Assembly: GCA_910588075.1 (NCBI GenBank)
Contig: CAJUOS010000006.1
Span: 127-64,126 of the forward strand
Source of the DNA: an uncultured Erysipelotrichaceae bacterium
GTDB lineage: Bacteria > Bacillota_I > Bacilli_A > Erysipelotrichales > Coprobacillaceae
Direction of reading: 5' to 3'
Length of the DNA stretch: 64,000 bases
In this document: one piece after another, positions 1-8,718 of the stretch
How the letters are laid out: every line of letters starts with the position of its first letter
How positions within the stretch are numbered: the first letter of the stretch is position 1
The notes under the pieces: generated by a model
What the model was told of the DNA's origin: nothing
The model's database searches: none
The model's input: the letters and a program-made list of their open reading frames with translations, nothing else
Program-made: the position numbers and the translations under genes

Positions 1-82
1 ATTGATATTAAATGTTATTAATGTTAATATATAGTTGAAAACGCATACATATTTGTACGTTAAGTAATGAAAGGAGATTTAT

Positions 83-3000
83 ATGGGAAAACATAGAAAA
101 ACAAAAATGATATTATCATTTTTACTAATGTTGAGTTTAATATCAGGTAATGTATTTAATGTCAATGCTGTAAATACTGTTGATACTGAATACGATTTAG
201 TTGAACTAGATAGGGGACAAACAACTTCAGAACAATTAATAACTGATGGAGATTTTGAAAAAGGTGGTTCTGCTTGGACTCAAGGTAGGGATAAAAGTAT
301 TGCAAGTGGTGTCAGCTATGGCGAAGGAACACGTTCAGGAATGTTACCAAGTAACAATGGAAATTCTTATATTGGGCAAATTGTGAATGTCAGTCCAAAT
401 ACTGAATATACACTTAAAACATATATTAAAACAAATGCTGCTGATGCAAAAGTGAATTTATGTATTCGAGGTGGAACAGAATCTCAAATGCAAGCAAATG
501 CTGGAGATGTTTTATTTGATGAAAAATATGGTGGAACAGATTGGACACCTGTTGAAGTCACATTTAATAGTGGAAGTCACTCATTTGTTCTTGTATCATT
601 GGTGAAGTGGGAAGAAAATACTGCAAGTAGTGCTTATAGAAATCCTGCATATATTGATAATGTGAGCTTGAAATTAGCTAATCCAGAATTAATGGTAAAT
701 GGTGATTTTGAAAATGGAAATAATTCATGGAGAAAAATTGGAACAGCAGCTATTTCAAATAATATGTGGGAAGGGGAGTATATAGCATATGAAGGTCAAT
801 ATTATGGAATGTTACCTTCTCAGACAAATAATGCAGCTCTTTATCAAACTTTAGAATTAAAAGCAAATACGACATATAATGTTAAAGCAAAAGTCGCTGT
901 ACAAACAGGTGGAGAAGTTATTTTTGCAGTTAAAACACCAGATTTATCAGGACACTATCCTGGTGGAACTATTGAAACAAAAATAGAAGGAACAGGTTTA
1001 TCATGGGTAGATTTTGAATATGAATTTACTACAAAAACACAAACTTCTGTTGCTGTAGCATTTATTAAGTGGTCAGATACTACAAGTGGTGGTGTTTATA
1101 ATGGTCAAGTTTATATTGATAATGTTTCATTAAAAGAAGTTTCTAAAGAAGTTGAAGAACCAAAAGATGAAAATTACAATATTATTTGGGCAGATGATTT
1201 TAATAATGACAAATTAGATGATTCTAAATGGGATTATGAACTTGGATGTATACGTGGTGTAGAACAACAACATTATACAAACAGTGATGATAATGTTTTT
1301 ATGAGAGATGGAAAATTGGTTTTAAAAGCAACAGATCGTGCTTTAGAAGATCAATATAAAAATCCAAGAGGAAATAGACGCGTTATATATGATTCTGGAA
1401 GTGTAAGAACTCATGGAAAATATGAATTTTTATATGGAAGAATTGAAATGAAGGCAAAATTACCAAGAGGAAAAGGTGTATTCCCTGCATTTTGGACATT
1501 AGGTGCAGATTTTGTTTTAGATGGTGATATTGATTCTAAACAAGGATATGGATGGGCTCGTTGTGGAGAAATTGATATTATGGAATTAATTGGCTCTGAA
1601 AGTGGAGTACGTAATAGAACTGTTTATCAAACAATTCATACAGATGATGGATTGACTGAGGATAATGGAAAACTTGCTGGACAAGGTTATACAATTAGTG
1701 AAGATTTTTATAATGATTATCATATTTTTGGTATTGATTGGTCAGAAAATAAAGTGGAATGGTATGTTGATGATCAAATAGTTTGTACAGCAGATTATAG
1801 TGATACAAGTATTGCTAAAAATAGAATTGCACAAAAAGCTTTAAATAGACCACAATATATTCAAATGAACTTAGCAATGGGTGGAAATTGGCCAGGAGAT
1901 GCAGGTACAAATTTAGCAGGAAGTGAATTTGTAATTGATTACGTTTATTATGCACGTAATAATGAACAACAAGCAGCGGCTGATGCATACTATGCTTCTG
2001 CTCCACAATTAAATGGTTTAAAAAATATAACAATGGTAGAAGGAGATACTCCTGATTTACTTAAAGATGTTACAACAATAGATGGTTATTATGTTGATTA
2101 TTCAGTAGAAAATGGTCCAATGTTTACAAATGTTGGTGGATGTACAAGTGTTGATTTACTTTGTCATGGAAAAGATGATGTTGATAGTTTAGCTGATTTA
2201 CCAGTTGGTACATACAATCTTCATTATACTGCAATTCCAAATAATGTAGAATATAAGAGTAATAATAGTCCAGATGGTACAAAAGAATATAAGTTTGCTC
2301 GTCGTACTATGACATTGACAGTAGAAGAAAGAAATTTCCCAACTGATTATCAATTACAAGGACAAAAAGGACAAGAGTTATCAACTGTTTCATTACCAGA
2401 AGGTTGGTCATGGCAAAATGGTCAGGTTATTTTGAATAATGAAGTGGAGAAACATAATGTTATTCATAGTAGTGGTAAAGTAGTAGAAGTTAATGTAAAA
2501 GTTATAGATTTTTCTAGATTGAATAATCTTATTGATCAAGCAAAAGAAAAAATATTAAATCAAGCAAATTATGTATCATCAACTATTGATGAGTTGAAAA
2601 CAGTGTTATCACAAGCAGAAGAAATGTTAAATACTTATCCTGCTCAAAATCAAATAACATCAATGGAAACTCTTCTTCAAGATACAATTGCTCATTTACA
2701 ATTATTGGCTGATAAGACACAATTAAGAGCTTTATATGATGCTGTTAAAGAATATGATCAAACAAAATATACAGCATCATCATGGGAAGTATTTGAACAG
2801 GCTTTAAAAAATGCAAAATCAATTTTAGATGAAGAAGCGGTAACACAAGAAGAAGTTGAAAATATAACTCTTATACTTCAAAATGCTAAAAATGGATTAA
2901 TGGAAAAGGATGATGAAGTAACAACTCCAGAAAAACCAAAACCAGAGGAACCTGGTACTCCAGAAAATCCAGAAGAACCTAGTGTTCCAGAAAAACCAGG

Positions 3001-3265
3001 TCAAACTGGAGATGAGGATGAAAAACCTCAACCACCAGTTGTAAAACCAACAGATCCAGATGATGAGATTAATAGTGATGTATTGGGTGAAGAAGTTGAT
3101 ACAACAAATAAACCAACAAAACCAATTGATAAACCAAATCAAACTACAAATATAAAAAATGTAAATGGTGTACAAACTGGGGATGTTACTATGGTAGCAC
3201 CATATGCTATTTTGGCAGTATGTGCTATTGGAATGTATATGGGAATCAGAAAGAAAGAACAATAA
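83..3265 (+). CDS. Secreted, wall-anchored GH16 beta-glucanase (laminarinase/lichenase type) with two CBM4/9-like modules, FIVAR repeats and a Pro/Glu-rich stalk
   Basis: Signal peptide ending NVFNVNA. GH16 catalytic motif GEIDIME (ExDxxE) at nt 1568-1585. Two NGDFE/TDGDFE-type CBM starts. FIVAR-like helical repeats. PEKPKPEEPGTPENPEEP linker. C-terminal VQTGD + hydrophobic helix + RKKEQ forms an LPXTG-like sorting signal. AAAGGAG RBS upstream of the ATG. Confidence 0.85.
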   Translation: MGKHRKTKMILSFLLMLSLISGNVFNVNAVNTVDTEYDLVELDRGQTTSEQLITDGDFEKGGSAWTQGRDKSIASGVSYGEGTRSGMLPSNNGNSYIGQIVNVSPNTEYTLKTYIKTNAADAKVNLCIRGGTESQMQANAGDVLFDEKYGGTDWTPVEVTFNSGSHSFVLVSLVKWEENTASSAYRNPAYIDNVSLKLANPELMVNGDFENGNNSWRKIGTAAISNNMWEGEYIAYEGQYYGMLPSQTNNAALYQTLELKANTTYNVKAKVAVQTGGEVIFAVKTPDLSGHYPGGTIETKIEGTGLSWVDFEYEFTTKTQTSVAVAFIKWSDTTSGGVYNGQVYIDNVSLKEVSKEVEEPKDENYNIIWADDFNNDKLDDSKWDYELGCIRGVEQQHYTNSDDNVFMRDGKLVLKATDRALEDQYKNPRGNRRVIYDSGSVRTHGKYEFLYGRIEMKAKLPRGKGVFPAFWTLGADFVLDGDIDSKQGYGWARCGEIDIMELIGSESGVRNRTVYQTIHTDDGLTEDNGKLAGQGYTISEDFYNDYHIFGIDWSENKVEWYVDDQIVCTADYSDTSIAKNRIAQKALNRPQYIQMNLAMGGNWPGDAGTNLAGSEFVIDYVYYARNNEQQAAADAYYASAPQLNGLKNITMVEGDTPDLLKDVTTIDGYYVDYSVENGPMFTNVGGCTSVDLLCHGKDDVDSLADLPVGTYNLHYTAIPNNVEYKSNNSPDGTKEYKFARRTMTLTVEERNFPTDYQLQGQKGQELSTVSLPEGWSWQNGQVILNNEVEKHNVIHSSGKVVEVNVKVIDFSRLNNLIDQAKEKILNQANYVSSTIDELKTVLSQAEEMLNTYPAQNQITSMETLLQDTIAHLQLLADKTQLRALYDAVKEYDQTKYTASSWEVFEQALKNAKSILDEEAVTQEEVENITLILQNAKNGLMEKDDEVTTPEKPKPEEPGTPENPEEPSVPEKPGQTGDEDEKPQPPVVKPTDPDDEINSDVLGEEVDTTNKPTKPIDKPNQTTNIKNVNGVQTGDVTMVAPYAILAVCAIGMYMGIRKKEQ

Positions 3266-3301
3266 AATTATATTATTATATATATTATATAGGGACAGGA
3301 G

Positions 3302-3330
3302 AAATAGGCTTAAAGCCTATTTTTCTTTTT
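3302..3330 (+). terminator. Rho-independent terminator after the GH16 gene
   Basis: 8-bp stem AATAGGCT/AGCCTATT with loop TAA, followed by TTTTCTTTTT. Confidence 0.7.
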
Positions 3331-3344
3331 CTTAAAATAAAAAG

Positions 3345-3370
3345 AACTTTATAAGTTCTGTTTTATAGTT
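3345..3370 (-). terminator. Rho-independent terminator of the 3371-3823 gene
   Basis: Stem AGAACTT/AAGTTCT. On the minus strand it is followed by a U-run (complement of AAAATAAAAA). Confidence 0.55.
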
Positions 3371-3823
3371 TTAATCATTTTGATAATTAGAAAGAATTTC
3401 ATCAACTTGAATACCTAATTGAAAACCTAAGGTAAAATAATCATCAATAGTATTTTGATAATCATCACTAGAATAATCACTTTGAACTTTTAAAATTGAA
3501 TGATAAATTTTAAAGAATAGTGAGTGGATATCAGTAGGATAGGGGATTTCAGTATAATTTTTAATAGAGTCAATTCTTAATTCGAAGCCAATTGACATTA
3601 ACATAGTTAATCCTTCAAGATAATCTTCTAATAATTGTTGATGATTAATAGGTTCATCTTTTTCCCAAAATAAATAACATCGAGAATCTTCAGAAATTTG
3701 TCCTAAATCATGTAAAAAGGAAAGTATTTTTTGATTTAATCTTTGTATATTTAGGAGTTCATTCTTAGTTGCTTGAAGTTCTTTGTTGATATAAACTTCA
3801 TAAAGTTTAGAAACATTGTTCAT
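3371..3823 (-). CDS. Hypothetical all-alpha protein; tentatively dimeric-dUTPase/MazG-like NTP pyrophosphohydrolase superfamily
   Basis: Start moved to MNNVSKLYEV, behind AAGAGGTG. The pattern LSFLHDLGQISE...FWEKDEP...LLEDYLEGLTMLMSIG resembles the dimeric dUTPase helix pattern. Assignment is by motif recollection only. Confidence 0.45.
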   Translation of the reverse strand: MNNVSKLYEVYINKELQATKNELLNIQRLNQKILSFLHDLGQISEDSRCYLFWEKDEPINHQQLLEDYLEGLTMLMSIGFELRIDSIKNYTEIPYPTDIHSLFFKIYHSILKVQSDYSSDDYQNTIDDYFTLGFQLGIQVDEILSNYQND

Positions 3824-3874
3824 ATAAATCACCTCTTTTTTTATTATAGACATTTATATGAATAGAGTTTGAAT

Positions 3875-4438
3875 TTATAGAATGAAAATTTCAAGATGTT
3901 CTAATAATATCTTCAAGCCAATGAAAATAAGAATAACTCCACCTGCAATTTCAGCTTTTGATTTATATCGAACTCCAAAAACATGACCAATTTTTACGCC
4001 TAACATAGAAATAAGGAAAGTTGTTACTCCAATGATTGTTATAGCATATAAAATATTAACATTTAAAAATGCAAAAGTTACACCAATAGCAAGAGCATCA
4101 ATAGATGTTGCAATTGCAAGAGGAATCATGGCTTTAAATGAAAAATCAGGGTTACAATTTTCTTCTTCTCCAAAAGCCTCTTTAATCATATTGAGACCAA
4201 TGAGTGTTAATAAGATAAAAGCAATCCAATGATCAATACTTTCTATTTTATCTTTAAATTGTATTCCTAAAATATATCCAATAAAAGGCATAAAACCTTG
4301 AAATATACCAAAATAACTACCACAAATCAAAGCGTGCTTCAATTCTAATTTTCTAGTAGACAAACCTTTACATATACTCACTGCAAAAGCATCCATTGCC
4401 AGTCCTACACCAATCAATAAAATTTCTAAAAATCCCAT
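3875..4438 (-). CDS. mntP: Manganese efflux pump MntP
   Basis: Starts [21 protein letters not shown] (DUF204/MntP signature, repeated as SIDALAIGV). About six TM segments. GGAGGG RBS. Preceded by a yybP-ykoY-like leader. Confidence 0.85.
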   Translation of the reverse strand: MGFLEILLIGVGLAMDAFAVSICKGLSTRKLELKHALICGSYFGIFQGFMPFIGYILGIQFKDKIESIDHWIAFILLTLIGLNMIKEAFGEEENCNPDFSFKAMIPLAIATSIDALAIGVTFAFLNVNILYAITIIGVTTFLISMLGVKIGHVFGVRYKSKAEIAGGVILIFIGLKILLEHLEIFIL

Positions 4439-4451
4439 TTTTAACCCTCCT

Positions 4452-4572
4452 AATAAAAAAAGACATGGCTGTGATACTTCACAGACAAGTCTCATCATTT
4501 AAAATCCTGCCAGATAAAAATTATCGAAATGTTGACATGATTACACAAATTGTGCTAATTACTCCCTTATCA
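4452..4572 (-). promoter_or_regulatory. yybP-ykoY (Mn2+) riboswitch with terminator-type expression platform, upstream of mntP
   Basis: Minus-strand RNA reads AAGGGAGUAAUUAGCACA...UCAUGUCAACAUUUCG...CUGGCAGG...AAUGAUGAGACUUGUCUGUGAAGUAUCACAGCCAUGUCUUUUUUU. The conserved GGGAGUA, GUCAACAU, GGCAGG and AUGAGAC blocks are present. A TATAAT -10 lies just upstream (about 4580-4585). Genomic context with mntP is the canonical one. Confidence 0.75.
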
Positions 4573-4604
4573 TAACAGCATTATAACAATCCTATAAATT
4601 GATG

Positions 4605-5207
4605 TCAATTTTCTTTTTCAATATACTCTTGACCAATGATTTCATATCTAAATTGATTACTTGTAAGTTCTTGAATAAGTGTTAAGAAATGAACATCTTT
4701 TATATAACAATGGTATGAGACTTGTTCATTGTATTCTTGATTAATACATTTTATGTTATGTTGTTTTAATAAATGTTCAAATTTTCTAATAAAAGTATAA
4801 TCAATACTAATTTGATAAAGATTAACTAATTCTTTTTCAACAATATCAGCTTTTTTTAAAGTTTCAGCAACACTTTGAGTATAAGCTCTTGTTAAACCTC
4901 CAGCACCTAATTTAATACCACCAAAATAACGAGTAACAATAGCAATAATATTTGTTAAACCTTGCATTTTTAAAACATTTAACATAGGCATTCCAGCAGT
5001 TTGTGATGGTTCACCATCATCATTAGCTTTCTCATAAGTACCAACAATATATGCAATACAATTATGTGTTGCTTGAGGATCACTGTACTCTTCAATAATA
5101 TCTTTAACTTGATCAATATGACTACAAGGAATAAGATGACAGACAAATTCCGACTTTTTAATAATAATTGTATGGCTTATTTTATCTTTTATTGAAATCA
5201 TTTTCAT
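4605..5207 (-). CDS. YigZ/IMPACT family protein (UPF0029)
   Basis: KKSEFVCHL...HNCIAYIVG...DDGEPSQTAGMPML...VTRYFGGIKLGAGGLTRAY is typical of the YigZ N-domain. Start at MKMISI, behind AGGAGG. Confidence 0.8.
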   Translation of the reverse strand: MKMISIKDKISHTIIIKKSEFVCHLIPCSHIDQVKDIIEEYSDPQATHNCIAYIVGTYEKANDDGEPSQTAGMPMLNVLKMQGLTNIIAIVTRYFGGIKLGAGGLTRAYTQSVAETLKKADIVEKELVNLYQISIDYTFIRKFEHLLKQHNIKCINQEYNEQVSYHCYIKDVHFLTLIQELTSNQFRYEIIGQEYIEKEN

Positions 5208-5298
5208 CTTCCTCCTCTTTTTATTATATATATAAATGCCTTTGGTTGTCAAAAGGACATTAATGTTTTATAATGTTAAAAATAAGGGGGATTGTGAA

Positions 5299-6162
5299 AT
5301 GAAAAAAATAGCTATATTATCAGATAGTGGATGTCAAATAGAATTAGAAAAGTATGAAAATCAAGATATCTTTATTGTTCCATTGTGTATAACTATGGAT
5401 AATGAAACATATTTAGATCAAAAAGATATAACAAGTATTGAAGTTTTTGAAAGAATGGAAAAAGAGAATTTGACAGTTAAAACATCACAACCTTCAACAG
5501 GAATATTAGTTGAGGTTATCCAAAAAATAAAAGATTTAAAATATGACGAAATTATAGGATTACCAATAGCAACAGGTTTATCATCAACTTTAAATGGAAT
5601 GAAAGTTGCTGCTGATATGGTAGATATACCAATAACTTTAATTGATACAAAAGGAACAGCGGGAAATCATAAATATTTAACATTGACTGCTGCAAAATTA
5701 GCACATGAAGGAAAGTCATCAATAGAAATAGCAGAAATATTAGAACAACTTGTTGAAAATTCTGGAACAATTATAATGGCACCTAATTTAGAACATTTAA
5801 AAAAAGGTGGAAGAATTACTCCAGCAGTTGCAATGTTAGCAGGAATGCTAAAGATTGTACCTGTAATGGAATTAAATTATAGTCTTGGTGGAAAAATTGA
5901 TACTCTAGCAAAAGTAAGAACAATCTCTAAAGCAAGATTAACTCTTGTTAATAGAATGATAGAAAAAGGTGTAAACTTTAAAGATTATAAAGTAACAATA
6001 GAGCATGTTTTATGTGAAGAATCAGCATCTATTTTAAAAGATTTAGTAATAGAGAAGATTGGAAATATAGAATTAGAATTAAGAGAACTTCCAGCTGTTG
6101 TAGGAGTACATATGGGAGTTGGGGGTATAGGAATACAATATATTCGTAAATATGCAGGATAA
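5299..6162 (+). CDS. DegV family fatty-acid-binding protein
   Basis: MKKIAILSDSGCQI...TSQPS...GLSSTLN...HLKKGGRI is the characteristic DegV pattern. Confidence 0.85.
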   Translation: MKKIAILSDSGCQIELEKYENQDIFIVPLCITMDNETYLDQKDITSIEVFERMEKENLTVKTSQPSTGILVEVIQKIKDLKYDEIIGLPIATGLSSTLNGMKVAADMVDIPITLIDTKGTAGNHKYLTLTAAKLAHEGKSSIEIAEILEQLVENSGTIIMAPNLEHLKKGGRITPAVAMLAGMLKIVPVMELNYSLGGKIDTLAKVRTISKARLTLVNRMIEKGVNFKDYKVTIEHVLCEESASILKDLVIEKIGNIELELRELPAVVGVHMGVGGIGIQYIRKYAG

Positions 6163-6232
6163 TGGAGTCCTGCTTTTTTATTTTTATTATGAAAAGGATA
6201 TGATATAATAAAAGTTAAAGGGAGGATATCTT

Positions 6233-8287
6233 ATGAGAAAGTTAAAATTGATTTTCATGGTTATAATAATGGTGTTTAGTATGTTTTCTTTGCTTTCTTA
6301 TAATGAAGTTTATGCTAAAACATTAAAAATACAATCTTTTTCAATGAACTGTGGCTCAACTGTTAAAAAGGGGAGAACAATAAAATTAAAAGTTAAAGCC
6401 AAAGATGGGAGTGGAACAAAGAAATATAAATTTAGATATCAATATAATCATAAATTATATACAATAAAAAATTATTCAAAATCTAATAGTGTGTCTTTTC
6501 AACCAAAAAAGACAGGAATATATCAATTTTATGCTTATGTAAAAGATAAAAAGAAAACAGTTTTAAAAAAGAAAACAATTAAAGTTGTTAATCCATACAC
6601 TGTTTCATTATCCATAAAAGGGAAATATGTAGATAACAATATAAAATTATCTGCCCAAACAACAGGAGGATCTGGTACAAAATTATTCAAATTTGCATAT
6701 AAGTATAATGGAAAGACATTTATCATTAAGAATTATTCAAAAACAAAAACAGTAAATTTTAAACCAAAGAAAGCAGGAACATATCAATTTTATGTTACAA
6801 GTAAAGATAGTCGTAAAAATATTAAAACAACGAGTCAAAAAGTAAAAGTGATTATTAAACCTTTATTATTATCTTTAAAAGTTAATAATAAAAATATTGT
6901 TATTCATGATACAATTCAGTTAAAAGCCTCAACAAGTGGAGGAGTTGGAGAGAAAAAATATAAATATTCATATCAATTGAATGGTAAAACATATTTGTTG
7001 GATGATTATTCATCTAAATCTTCATTATCTATGAAGCTTCATCAAAATGGAGAATATGTATTTTATGTTAAAGTTAAAGATAGCAGAGGAAGCATAAAAC
7101 AATCTACTATTAAAGTTAAGGTGTATACACCAACATTAAAATTAGATAAATTAAAAGCAGACTTTTCATCATCATTAACTTTAAAAAAAGTTAAGTTATC
7201 AACAACTTCTCATGGAAATATTGGAACATTATTAACACGTTTCTCATATAAAAAGGATGGAAAAGTACATATTATTAAACATTTTTCAAAAAGTAAGACT
7301 TGTATATTTAAACCTAAGGAATATGGTAATTATATATTTTATGCTGAAATTAAAGATAATCGTAATCAGATTATTAAGAAAAGTTATGCAATTGATTATA
7401 CTCCATTACGTTTAAATAGTGGGTTATCTTCTGCAACAGTGGGAACTACAAAGAAAATAATTAAAGATATGGCAAAAGATACAAAATTATCTTATTCTTC
7501 TAGTAATCAATCTGTTTGTAAAGTTGACAGTGATTATGGATTTATAATGCCTATTTCACAAGGAAAAGCAAAAATAACAATAACAGCTATATGTCATAAA
7601 GAAAAGGTAAAAAAATCATTTTATGTTCAAGTTAAAGATAATCCAAAAGTTCTTGTTGGATGTGATATTTCTAAGTATCAAGGGAAAATATCTGGGGAAA
7701 AATTAAAAGCAACAGGTATGGATTATGTTATTTTACGAGCAGGACATGGATTAGAATTAGATAGTCGATTTGTTGAAAATGTTAAACAATGTCAAAATAA
7801 TCAACTAAAATATGGTGTCTATTGGTATTCCGAAGCTTTAAATACAAAAGAAGCTATTGGAGATGCAAATAGACTATATAGTCAATTAAAAAAAGCAGGT
7901 ATAAAACCAGGATCAAAAAATTTTACTTTCCCTATTTATTATGATTTAGAAGATAGTCAACAAAGAAAGCTTAAATCATTAAAAATAGAGAACATAACAA
8001 GAGCCTTTGTTACAAGATTAAATCAATTAGGAATATCTACAAAACATATAAGCATTTATGCTAATAAGAATTGGTATGAAAATTATTTAGATAGAAAATA
8101 TTATTATCAAACTTTTGGGAATCGTTTATGGTATGCTCGCTATAATAAACCAGGAAGTTGTCCTACGTTTTATTGGGATTGTGTTCAAAAAACTATTCAT
8201 GGAAAGATGTGGCAAGTAGGAAGTGCTTTCAAAAATGTACCTGGAGTATCAAGTCGATACTTAGATATGGATTATTACTATCAATAA
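6233..8287 (+). CDS. Secreted GH25 muramidase (lysozyme/autolysin) with four Ig-like repeats and a Big_2 domain
   Basis: Signal peptide. Four ~90-aa repeats. Big_2-like segment (SSSNQSVCKVDSDYGFIMPISQGKAKITITA). C-terminal GH25 pattern GCDISKYQG...DYVILRAGHG...YGVYWYS...YYDLED. Confidence 0.8.
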   Translation: MRKLKLIFMVIIMVFSMFSLLSYNEVYAKTLKIQSFSMNCGSTVKKGRTIKLKVKAKDGSGTKKYKFRYQYNHKLYTIKNYSKSNSVSFQPKKTGIYQFYAYVKDKKKTVLKKKTIKVVNPYTVSLSIKGKYVDNNIKLSAQTTGGSGTKLFKFAYKYNGKTFIIKNYSKTKTVNFKPKKAGTYQFYVTSKDSRKNIKTTSQKVKVIIKPLLLSLKVNNKNIVIHDTIQLKASTSGGVGEKKYKYSYQLNGKTYLLDDYSSKSSLSMKLHQNGEYVFYVKVKDSRGSIKQSTIKVKVYTPTLKLDKLKADFSSSLTLKKVKLSTTSHGNIGTLLTRFSYKKDGKVHIIKHFSKSKTCIFKPKEYGNYIFYAEIKDNRNQIIKKSYAIDYTPLRLNSGLSSATVGTTKKIIKDMAKDTKLSYSSSNQSVCKVDSDYGFIMPISQGKAKITITAICHKEKVKKSFYVQVKDNPKVLVGCDISKYQGKISGEKLKATGMDYVILRAGHGLELDSRFVENVKQCQNNQLKYGVYWYSEALNTKEAIGDANRLYSQLKKAGIKPGSKNFTFPIYYDLEDSQQRKLKSLKIENITRAFVTRLNQLGISTKHISIYANKNWYENYLDRKYYYQTFGNRLWYARYNKPGSCPTFYWDCVQKTIHGKMWQVGSAFKNVPGVSSRYLDMDYYYQ
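6323..7400 (+). repeat. Four divergent tandem ~270-nt (~90-aa) coding repeats inside the GH25 gene
   Basis: Recurrent pattern G(S/G)G.KKYKF.Y.(Y)NGK.Y.IK.YSK...V.F.PKK.G.Y.FYV.VKD, seen four times. Reminiscent of Y_Y_Y/beta-sandwich repeats. Boundaries are approximate. Confidence 0.6.
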
Positions 8288-8301
8288 AAGGAGGTGAAGT
8301 T

Positions 8302-8577
8302 ATGGCTTTATTTGATGATATTACAAAAAAAGCAGCAAAATTTACAGAAGATGCTATTGATAAAACACAAGAATTTGCTGGAAATGCAAAAATTAAATTA
8401 AAAATTAAGAATATTGAAAGTGATAGAGATGATGTTTATAAAGAATTAGGTCAATATTATTTTAAATTAATTGAAGATGAAAATTCAATTGATGAAGAAA
8501 TTGCAGAGATGAGAAGTCGAATTTCTGATTATGATGCTAAAATAGAAGAATTAAAAAAACAATTAGAGGCAGAATAA
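8302..8577 (+). CDS. Small charged coiled-coil protein, unknown function
   Basis: ATG at 8302 follows AAAGGAGGTG. The ORF-track extension from 8158 overlaps the GH25 gene and is discounted. Confidence 0.5.
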   Translation: MALFDDITKKAAKFTEDAIDKTQEFAGNAKIKLKIKNIESDRDDVYKELGQYYFKLIEDENSIDEEIAEMRSRISDYDAKIEELKKQLEAE

Positions 8578-8580
8578 CGA

Positions 8581-8625
8581 ATATAACAATTAAGGTAAAA
8601 AATACTTTAATTGTTATATTTTTAA
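8581..8625 (+). terminator. Rho-independent terminator
   Basis: 13-bp stem ATATAACAATTAA/TTAATTGTTATAT followed by TTTTT. Confidence 0.8.
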
Positions 8626-8644
8626 TTTTCATAATTTTCATATG

Positions 8645-8673
8645 TTGACTTTCGCGAATTGCTTTCATATAAT
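8645..8673 (+). promoter_or_regulatory. Sigma-A-type promoter for the 8719 gene
   Basis: TTGACT, 17-nt spacer, TATAAT. Confidence 0.6.
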
Positions 8674-8718
8674 ATAAATTGGTAGACATTGTATTAACTA
8701 AAAAAGTGGGAGGAAGTT

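Noticed and set aside
2897-3262. 121-aa antisense ORF opposite the Pro/Glu-rich linker of the GH16 gene
   Set aside because: Low-complexity artefact of the CCA/GAA-rich sense strand, with no RBS. The same reasoning applies to the other short antisense ORFs in the track (1815-2033, 4032-4232, 5552-5770, 6535-6726, 10429-10611, 60420-60602 and others).
8158-8301. N-terminal extension of the 8158-8577 ORF
   Set aside because: It overlaps the GH25 gene in another frame. A strong RBS precedes the internal ATG at 8302, which is taken as the true start.
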